Shown here piece by piece: positions 52,601 to 64,000 of a DNA stretch of 64,000 nt; the stretch's first letter is position 1; each line of letters opens with the position of its first letter. Under the pieces are notes generated by a model. That model did not search any database. It was not told where the DNA came from and saw only the letters and a list, made by a program, of their open reading frames with translations. Source of the stretch: Eledone cirrhosa (lineage: Eukaryota); NCBI GenBank assembly GCA_964016885.1, contig OZ024741.1:216876001-216940000 (forward strand), written 5' to 3'. The translations under genes and the position numbers were made by a program.

Positions 52601-55600
52601 TACAACACCAACTACAACACCAACTACAACACCAATAACAACACCAACTACAACACCAACAACAACACCAACTACAACACCAACAACAACACCAACTACA
52701 ACACCAACAACAACTCCAACTACAACACCAACTACAACACCAACTACAACACTAACAACATCACCAACTACAACAGCAACAACAACACCAACTACAACAC
52801 CAACTACAACACCAACAACAACTCCAACAACAAAACCAACTGCAACACCAACTACAACACCAACAACACCAACTACAACTTCAACAACAACACCAACTAC
52901 AACACCAACTACAACACCAATCACCACACCAACAACAACACCAACAACAACACCAACTACAACACCAACAACACCAACTACAACACCAACTACAACACCA
53001 ACTACACCACCAACAACAACACCTACTACAATACCAACAACAACACCAACTACAACACCAACTACAACACCAACTACACCACCAACAACAACACCAACTA
53101 CAATACCAACAACAACACCAACTACAATACCAACAACAACACCAACTACAACACCAACAACAACACCAACAACAACATCAACTACAACACCAACAACAAC
53201 ACCAACCACCACACAAACAACAACACCATCAATCCTAACTACAACACCAACTACAACACCAACAACAACACCAACCACCACACCAACTACAACACCAACC
53301 ACCACACCAACAACAACACCAACTACAACACCAACCACCACACCAACTACAACACCAACCACCACACCAACTACCACGCAAACAACAACACCAAGTACAA
53401 CACCAACAACAACACCAACTACAACACCGACAACACCAACTACAACACCAACACAAAAACCAACAACAACACCAACAACACCAACTACAACACCAACAAC
53501 ATCACCAACAACAACAACAACAACACCAACAACAACACCAACAACAACACCAACTACAACACCAACTACAACACCAACCACCACACCAACAATACCAACT
53601 ACAACACCAACTACAACACCAACAACAACACCAACAACAACACCAACTACAACGCCAACAACAACACCAACTCCAACACCAACTACAACACCAACAACAA
53701 CACCAACTACAACACCAACTACAACGCCAACTACAACACCAACAACACCAACTACAACACCAACTACAACACCAACTACAACGCCAACAACAACACCAAC
53801 AACACCAACAACAACACCAACAACACCAACAACAACACCAACTACAACGCCAACAACAGCACCAACTACAACAACAACACCAACTACAACACCAACTACA
53901 ACACCAACTACAACACCAACTACAACACCAACAACAAAAGCAACTACAACGCCAACAACAACACCAACTACAACACCAACTACAACGCCAACAACAACAC
54001 CAACTACAACACCAACAACACCAACTACAACACCAACAACAACACCAACAACAACACCAACTACAACACCAACAACAACACCAACTACAACACCAACTAC
54101 AACACCAACAACAACTCCAACTACAACACCAACTACAACACCAACTACAACACCAACAACAACACCAACTACAACACCAACTACAACACCAACAACAACA
54201 CCAACAACAACACCAACTACAACACCAACTACAACACCAACTACAACACCAACAACAACACCAACTACAACACCAACTACAACACCTACAACACCAACTA
54301 CAACACCAACAACAACACCAACTACAACACCAACTACAACACCAACAACAACTCCAACTACAACACCAACTACAACACCAACTACAACACCAACAACAAC
54401 ACCAACAACAACTACAACTTCAACAACAACACCAACTACAACACCAACTACGACACCAACCACCACACCAACAACAACACCAACAACAACACCAACTACA
54501 ACACCAACAACACCAACTACAACACCAACCACCACACCAACAACACCAACTACAACACCAACTACAACACCAACTACACCACCAACAACAACTCCAACTA
54601 CAACACCAACAACAACACCAACTACAACACCAACTACAACACCAACAACAACACCAACTACAACACCAACTACAACACCAACAACAACTCCAACTACAAC
54701 ACCAACTACAACACCAACTACAACACCAACAACAACACCAACTACAACACCAACTACAACACCAACAACAACACCAACAACAACACCAACAACAACACCA
54801 ACAACAACACCATCAACAACACCAACTACAACACCAACAACAACACCAACTACAACACCAACCACCACACCAACAACAACAATACCAACTACAACACCAA
54901 CTACAACTCCAACTACAACACCAACCACCACACCAACAACAACAATACCAACTACAACACCAACTACAACACCAACAACAACACCAACTACAACACCAAC
55001 CACCACACCAACAACAACAATACCAACTACAACACCAACTACAACTCCAACTACAACACCAACCACCACACCAACAACAACAATACCAACTACAACACCA
55101 ACTACAACACCAACAACAACACCAACTACAACACCAACCACCACACCAACAACAACAATACCAACTACAACACCAACAACAACACCAACAACAACACCAA
55201 CTACAACACCAACCACCACACCAACAACAACAATACCAACTACAACACCAACAACAACACCAACAACAACACCAACAACACCACCAACAACAACAACACC
55301 AACAACTCCAACAACAACACCAACAACAACACCAACAACAACACCAACAACAACACCAACAACAACACCAACAACAACACCAACTACAACACCAACAACA
55401 ACACCAACAACAACACCAACTGCAACACCAACAACAACACCAACTACAACACCAACTACAACACCAACAACAACACCAACAACAACACCAACTACAACAC
55501 CAACTACAACACCAACAACAACACCAACAACAACACCAACAACAACACCAACAACAACACCAACAACAACACCAACTACAACACCAACAACAACACCAAC

Positions 55601-58600
55601 AACAACACCAACTACAACACCAACTACAACACCAACAACAACACCAACAACAACACCAACAACAACTCCAACTACAACACCAACTACAACACCAACAACA
55701 ACACCAACTACAACACCAACAACAACTCCAACTACAACACCAACAACAACACCAACAACAACACCAACTACAACACCAACAACAACTCCAACAACAAAAC
55801 CAACAACAACACCAACTACAACACCAACAACAACACCAACAACAACACCAACTACAACACCAACTACAACACCAACAACAACACCAACAACAACACCAAC
55901 AACAACACCAACAACAACACCAACAACAACACCAACTACAACACCAACAACAACACCAACAACAACACCAACTACAACACCAACAACAACACCAACTACA
56001 ACACCAACTACAACACCAACAACAACACCAACAACAACACCAACAACAACTCCAACTACAACACCAACTACAACACCAACAACAACACCAACTACAACAC
56101 CAACAACAACTCCAACTACAACACCAACAACAACACCAACAACAACACCAACTACAACACCAACAACAACTCCAACAACAACACCAACAACAACACCAAC
56201 TACAACACCAACAACAACTCCAACAACAACACCAACAACAACACCAACAACAACTCCAACTACAACACCAACAACAACACCAACAACAACACCAACTACA
56301 ACACCAACAACAACTCCAACAACAAAACCAACTACAACACCAACTACAACTTCAACAACAACACCAACTACAACACCAACTACAACACCAACAACAACAC
56401 CAACTACAACACCAACAACACTAACTACAACACCAACCACCACACCAACAACAACACCAACAACAACACCAACTACAACACCAACAACACCAACTACAAC
56501 ACCAACTACAACACCAACTACACCAACAACAACACCAACTACAATACCAACAACAACACCAACTACAACACCAACAACAACACCAACAACACCAACTACA
56601 ACACCAACCACCACACCAACAACACCAACTACAACACCAACTACAACACCAACTACACCACCAACAACAACTCCAACTACAACACCAACAACAACACCAA
56701 CTACAACACCAACTACAACACCAACAACAACACCAACTACAACACCAACTACAACACCAACAACAACTCCAACTACAACACCAACTACAACACCAACTAC
56801 AACACCAACAACAACACCAACAACAACACCAACTACAACACCAACAACAACACCAACAACAACACCCACAACAACACCAACAACAACACCATCAACAACA
56901 CCAACTACAACACCAACAACAACACCAACTACAACACCAACCACCACAACAACAACAACAACACCAACTACAACACCAACTACAACTCAAACAACAACAC
57001 CAACTACAACACCAACAACAACACCAACAACAACACCAACAACAACACCAACAACAACACCAACAACAACACCAACTACAACACCAACAACAACACCAAC
57101 AACAACACCAACTACAACACCAACAACAACACCAACTACAACACCAACAACAACACCAACAACAACACCAACAACAACACCAACTACAACACCAACAACA
57201 CCAACCACCACACCAACAACAACACCAACAACAACACCAACTACAACACCAACTACAACACCAACAACAACACCAACAACAACACCAACAACAACACCAA
57301 CTACAACACCAACTAAAACACCAACAACAACACCAACTACAACACCAACGACAACACCAACAACAACACCAACAACAACACCAACTACCACACCAACAAC
57401 AACACCAACAACAACACCAACAACAACACCAACTACAACACCGACAACAACATCCTCTACCCTAACCACCCTATTTTGCATTACATATGCCCCTAGCTCT
57501 GACGCAGTAAGCTCCCCTGATTCAACTATGCTCCCACCATCTTCTACTTTATTTAGTGTCCCTTCCTCGTCTATTCCAAGAACAGGTACCACATATGTTT
57601 CTTCCCCTCAGCCCTCCACCTCAATATCTTCTCTCGTTAGTACAACCCTAGGTCTAACTCCATCCACCATCTCAGCGAACTCAATACTTACATCATTATT
57701 ATCGATATCCTCCACAACAAATCCCATCTCTTCTGCTTCTAGTACTCCAACCATGACCGTCTCTTCTGAATCTAGCACTGGTTTTACCACCACCACCCCC
57801 GCATCATCCACATTACCAACATCAGCACCATCAACACTAACGACATCCCCAACTACAGCAGCAACCACAACACCAACAGCTCCACAATCATCATCGCCAA
57901 CAACACCCACAACAACCCCAACCACCACACAAACGACCACACCAACCACCCCTCCAATCATTACTCCAACCACCCCTCCAGCCACCACACCAACCACCCC
58001 TCCAGTCACCACACCAACCACCCCTTCAGCCACCACACCAACCACACCTCCAGCCACCACACCAACCACCCCTCCAACCACCACACCAACCACCCCTCCA
58101 GCCACTACACCAACCACCCCTCCAGCCACCACACCAACCACCCCTCCAGCCACCACACCAACCACCCCTCCAACCACCACACCAACCACCCCTCCAACCA
58201 CCACACCAACCACCCCTCCAGCCACCACACCAACCACCCCTCCAGCCACCACACCAACCACCCCTCCAGCCACCACACCAACCACCCCTCCAGCCACTAC
58301 TCCAACCACCCCTCCAGCCACCATACCAACCACCACACCAACCACCACACTAACCACCCCTCCAGCCACCACACCAACCACCCCTCCAGCCACCACACCA
58401 ACCACCCCTCCAACCACCACACCAACCACCCCTCCAGCCACCACACCAACCACCCCTCCAACCACCACACCAACCACCCCTCCAGCCACCACACCAACCA
58501 CCCCTCCAGCCACCACACCAACCACCCCTCCAACCACCACACCAACCACCCCTCCAGCCACCACACCAACCACCCCTCCAGCCACCACACCAACCACCCC

Positions 58601-60182
58601 TCCAGCCACCACACCAACAATAACTACAACACTGATAACTACACCAATAGAGACAGTATCAACATCAACACCATCGACTACAAGAAACGCTACTACACCA
58701 CAAACAACACCAATAGCAACAACAACTACACCAGTAACAAGCACAATCCCACCAGTTTCCTCGCTATTCTCTTCCCCTCTAGCAATGTTTTCTCCATCAC
58801 TTCCTTTTGAACATTTCACTAGTTTACCATATTTCACAATAGTAAACCTTTCTGACGGCTTCACTCTCTATTGCTACACAAATACCTCCAGGGCTGCTAC
58901 TGAGCCCTCCACCCAAGCTCAAACTGCAACAGAGACCACACAGCCCGTCACCTCAGAAGTTGATCAGACAACCGAAGACACTTTTACGTCTGTTGTAACT
59001 CCTCTGTTGACCACATCCACAAAGCCACAAACAACACCAACAACACCTCTAACAACAGACACAACTCTACTGACCACACCAACAACACCTTTAACCTCAC
59101 TCACAACACCTTTGACCACACCCACATCACATCAAGCCACACAAACAACTCCTCTAACCACACCCTCAACCCCATTGACAACACTCACAACACCTTTGAC
59201 CACACCAACAACACCTTTGACCACACTCACAACACCTTTGACCACACCCACAACACCTTTGACCACACCTACATCACCTCAAGCCACACAAACAACTCCT
59301 CTGACCACACTTTCAACCCCAATGACCACACTCACAACACCTTTGACCACACGAACAACACCTTTGACCACACTCACAACACCAACAATAACACCAACAA
59401 CAACACCAACAACAACACCCACCAAAACACCAACAACAACACCAACAACAACACCAACAACAACAACACCAACCACCACACCAACAACAATACCAACAAC
59501 AACACCAACAACAACACCTACCACAACACCCACCACAACACCAACAATAACACCAACTACAACACCAACAACAACACCCACCAAAACACCAACAACAACA
59601 CCAACAACAACACCAACAACAACACCAACCACCACACCAACAACAATACCAACAACAACACCAACAACAACACCTACCACAACACCCACCACAACACCAA
59701 CAATAACACCAACTACAACACCAACAACAACACCCACCAAAACACCAACAACAACACCAACAACAACACCAACAACAACACCAACCACCACACCAACAAC
59801 AATACCAACAACAACACCAACAACAACACCTACCACAACACCCACCACAACACCAACTACAACACCAACAACCTCACCCACCACAACACCAACAACAGCA
59901 CCAACAACAACACCTACCACACCAACAACACCAACAACAACACCAACAACCTCACCCACCACAACACCAACAACAGCACCAACAACAACACCTACCACAC
60001 CAACAACACCAACAACAACACCAACAACGTCACCACCAACAACAACAACACCAACAACCTCACTACCACCAACAACAACAACAACACCAACAACATCGAC
60101 TGTCTTAACTACACCAGCAGATGTCAGCACTGTTGTACATCCTCCTACCTCCAATATTTCAATGTTTGGTGCAAGTTCGTAA
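37672..60182 (+). CDS. Giant coding exon 3 (22.5 kb): end of LPMO-like domain, five 6-Cys modules, Arg/Ile motif, Pro-Thr mucin stalk
   Basis: Acceptor TCTACTGCAG ending at 37671 in phase 1, matching exon 2; frame open to TAA at 60180; variant repeat units preserve the frame. Confidence 0.85.
38860..57450 (+). repeat. Coding 12-bp tandem array (CCAACWACAACA = PTTT) with higher-order repeats
   Basis: Directly visible; followed by a 21-bp TTPTTPP(A) array (about 57950-58620) and TTPL and PTTT arrays to about 60090. Confidence 0.95.
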
Positions 60183-61189
60183 GAAATGCCGTCGACAGCA
60201 CCGTTGCCACCATTTGTTGCGTCAACGTCAACGTGACCCTTCCTGTAACTGCAACTTACGACGTCGCATGCGTTGCCGCTGTTCCCGTAAATGGCATACT
60301 GTCTACCGTCGTACTTCTTTACGTAGTTTCTCTAACGAACGTCGTCACCTTCGTCGTCGCAGTATCCATCAACGCCACCATCAACGCCACCGTCAACGCC
60401 CACATCCTCACCACCATCAACGCCCCCGTCAACGCCGTCTGCAACGCCCACATCCTCACCACCATCAACGCCACCGTCAACGCCGTCTGCAACGCCGTTA
60501 TCAACGCTTCCAGCAACAACACCAACATCGCTCCCATCAACGCCACGCTCAAAGCCATCCTCGACCAGTCAGGCACGGGTCTTCCATAGAAATGATCACC
60601 GTTCGCGTGATCATCATCCTCGAAAGCGCCGCATATCACCTGGTTACCTTTTACCAGCGAGCCGTCTTGCTGCTCGATTTCCATCGAGTGATCCTCAACA
60701 TAAGAGCCCTATCTGAAGATAACATCTCCCAAATTTGTTTCGACATTTCATGTCTCGTAGGCCTTGAAAGGGTCTTTAATATAGCCCTTTATTTTACCGA
60801 AACGAAAAATTCTAAAGAAACGAACATTCTTACTTTATCGCATTTGTCCAATACAGTCAGCCGTTATGGGACGAAACAGCCCTCTATTTGTAACCTTATT
60901 TCCCCAGTTCCAAATTTGATAATTCCCCCATCACACGGCTATCAATCCGTTGGCCATAATGAATTGAATCAATGTTGCTGAACTTATACTAAATATCATA
61001 ACTGAACGCAATGATACCACCTTTAGTAACCATTGTTGTTTTAGGGTGACGGTGTATCTTGTTGGATGATGTGGCAATGACTATCTATGTGTGTGACAGC
61101 TCACATATATTCAGGTTTAGCTGGCCTCCCCCCAGGTATATCTCGTTGGAGGTGTCTTGGGTGATTTAATGATAGGAACCTCAGTCCTA

Positions 61190-61517
61190 TCATCTCATTT
61201 CTACAGCTGAGTAAACTGGAGCAACGTGAAATAAAGTGTCTTGCTGAAGGAAACAACACATCACCCGGTCCGAGAATTGAACTCACAACCTTTCGATTGC
61301 AAGCCCAATGCTCTAACCACTATGTGATGCGCCTTCACGAAAACAACACATCACCCGGTCCGAGAATTGAGCTCACAACCTTTCGATTGCAAGCCCAATG
61401 CTCTAACCACTATGTGATGCGCCTTCACGAAAACAACACATCACCCGGTCCGAGAATTGAGCTCACAACCTTTCGATTGCAAGCCCAATGCTCTAACCAC
61501 TAAACCATGCGCCTCCA
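61190..61517 (-). mobile_element. tRNA-derived SINE family B with a triplicated 90-bp head
   Basis: 90-bp units start at 61251, 61341 and 61431; minus strand TGGTTTAGTGGTTAGAGC..GAG(T/C)TCAATTCTCGG, then CAGCAAGACACTT body. Confidence 0.75.
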
Positions 61518-61589
61518 CTATCTATGAGCGCTCCTTCACTCAATAAACACACAGTTGTATTTCGCTCTAGCAATATATTAGTTTGTGAT

Positions 61590-61712
61590 TTAGGCGCAAG
61601 GCCAGCAATTTTTGGAAAGGAGAAAGTAGTTACATCGGCTCCAGTGCATTACTAGTACTTTATTTCATCGAGCCCGTAAGGATGAAGGGCAAAGCTAACC
61701 TCGGCAGGATCA
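61590..61712 (-). mobile_element. SINE family A fragment (another at 62600-62672)
   Basis: Reverse complement of the family A body (GTACTTTATTT.ATCGA.CCCGTAAGGATGAA.GGCAAA). Confidence 0.75.
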
Positions 61713-62011
61713 CCAGCAATATATTATTGTTCAAAATACAACATAGTCGGTGGCTCGTATTTGTTCTTGTCCTCGTTATGCTTTAGTAGAAATATCCGTA
61801 GGTGTTATTTCCTTTTGTCATAATACGTTTTTTCATAAATTAGAACTTTGAGCCGGCATTACTTTTAACGGTATCTTATAAACTCGTATAAGCACCTGAA
61901 GATTGAGTTACAATTTTGATCCCTCTTACATTATGGAGATATGGTCTATATTTGACCTTGAAAACTTAGGTGGCGCTATTATTCCATGTATGAGCATGAA
62001 TAAATAATATC

Positions 62012-62112
<101 letters not shown>

Positions 62113-62195
62113 TATAAATTTACGAGTAATTCTCTTGAAACATGTGCAAGGGATTAAAAATGATTTTAAAACTAATTTTTCTGTCTATATATTTG

Positions 62196-62238
<43 letters not shown>

Positions 62239-62344
62239 CATATAACATATATATATAACATATAACATATATATATATATATAATATAACGACGATTTGT
62301 TAAGCTTTCGTTACGTTTGGTGATTGGTGACGCGCGTTTCGCTA

Positions 62345-63377
62345 TTGATCAGCTCAAGGTTCGATCTGTATCGATCTGGGCCGACTCTGGAATCAAAAGC
62401 TCATCGGACCTCTGTTGTTGTAATGACAGAATGTCATATATATATATACATATATATAAGAAAATGAGGGTTGTTTTTAAAAGATGCCTCACACGAGTAA
62501 AATTATAAGGAAAAGAAATTGAAAATACAACTGGAGTCTTTTAAGAATATTTATTTATTTACTTTACCGGTTTTACAGTTTTTATGATTTTCATGCGTGA
62601 CTGGGTACTTTATTTTATCGACCCCGTAAGGATGAAAGGCAAAATTAACCAGGGCGGGATTTGAACTCAGATCATAATAATAAGAAGAATAAATCGCTTT
62701 CTTTCACTAAACAGACCGCTCTTTACCGTATTCTTACATACGGATATTTTCGCTTCCTATATATATTTATATAAGGAAAAATTTAAGAATATTTATTTAT
62801 TTACTTTACAGGTTTCACAATTCTTATGATTTTCAAAAGTAAAATTGAGATGGAGGGTTTGTGTTTCTGTTGTGGTTTGACTCGCATCTGGTTCGTGTTC
62901 CAAAGTTCTTTCTGTTTTATTCGAAAAGAGTGGCTCAGGGTGGTGTTTCTTTAAAAGAAACAGCAATTTGAACCACTCTTAGATGCGAAATAAACTACAA
63001 CAGTAACACAAACCCTCCATCTCAAATTTATTTTTGAAAATCATAAAAACTGTAAAACCGGTAAAGTAAATAAATAAATATTCTTAAAAGACTCCAGTTG
63101 TATTTTCAATTTCTTTTCCTTATAATTTTACCCGTGTAGGACATCTTTTTTTTTAAAAAACCTCATTTTCTTATATATATGTATATATATATGACATTGT
63201 GTCAACAGCAGAGGTCCGACGAGATTTTGATTCCAGAGCCGGGCCAGATCGATGCAGATCGAACCTTGAGCTGATCAAGGTTTCTTTTAAAGAAACACCA
63301 CTCTGAGCCACTCTTTTCGAATAAAACAGAAAGAACTTTGGAACCCAAACCAGATGCGAGACAAACCACAACAGAAA
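62345..63377. mobile_element. Nested multi-arm fold-back element with hammerhead-like remnants
   Basis: 62345-62593 pairs with 63035-63278; 62781-62890 with 62981-63090; 62865-62961 with 63280-63377. Confidence 0.8.
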
Positions 63378-63573
63378 TTATCTGCTGACTGTGAGCGACG
63401 GTGCAGAATGCAATCTCGCTGTCCTGTACCTATCAACGTGAGTTTGCATTCTGTTCCATCGTACACAGTTTGTCGGTGATTTCCACGCCGATGATTTCCA
63501 CGGCTATGCTTTGATACCTATTGTAACGTAATACATGTGTGTATAAATCATTATAAGAATAAGAATATATATG

Positions 63574-63673
<100 letters not shown>

Positions 63674-63773
63674 TGTTTTCATCGTGTGTGTGTGTTATAT
63701 ATGCAAACAAGATGGTCGATTGCCCTAATCTTATGAAACACTTACGCAGGTTTAGCTGTCCTACACATATATG

Positions 63774-63870
<97 letters not shown>

Positions 63871-64000
63871 GGGGTACATAAATAGAGACAGGCAGACACA
63901 CAATCACGGAAGCATTCACGCGCATAGTGAAAGCGTGGCTGGTCAAACGATTATACATCACGTGGTGAGTTTAGAGAGCAAAGCTACTTTCATACATGAA

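Noticed and set aside
38399-56947. 6182-aa antisense (VVVG)n ORF and similar antisense ORFs to 60154
   Set aside because: By-product of the C/A-rich sense repeat, which rarely creates stops on the opposite strand.
60708-60762. CTGAAGA..GACA hammerhead-like string
   Set aside because: GAAA box is mutated and the stems are out of register.
61251-61517. tRNA gene array or CRISPR-like array
   Set aside because: No unique spacers; stems are imperfect and the last unit continues into a SINE body.

Overview
Repeat-rich animal genomic DNA. The tRNA-derived SINE family, dense (TA)n/(GATA)n microsatellites and mollusc-type Cys modules suggest an octopod cephalopod (inference). Main contents: (1) a head-to-tail array of Tx1-clade non-LTR retrotransposons on the minus strand (about 10.9-29.0 kb: one intact, one lightly damaged, one older degraded copy, one relic) stacked at a (GATA)n site with a repeated 18-bp target duplication; (2) a plus-strand three-exon gene model (30082-60182) for a secreted protein of about 7,640 aa: signal-like peptide, a degenerate AA15 LPMO-like domain without the His-brace, five 6-Cys modules, a twin Arg/Ile motif and a very long Pro-Thr mucin stalk in one 22.5-kb exon; (3) Penelope-like fragments and many short elements carrying minimal hammerhead-ribozyme motifs, often as fold-back inverted repeats, two of which enclose near-perfect copies of nearby DNA (one is 82 bp of the mucin's own coding exon); (4) RTE fragments, SINEs and Tc1/mariner MITEs. 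All calls are by eye; no database searches or folding programs were run.
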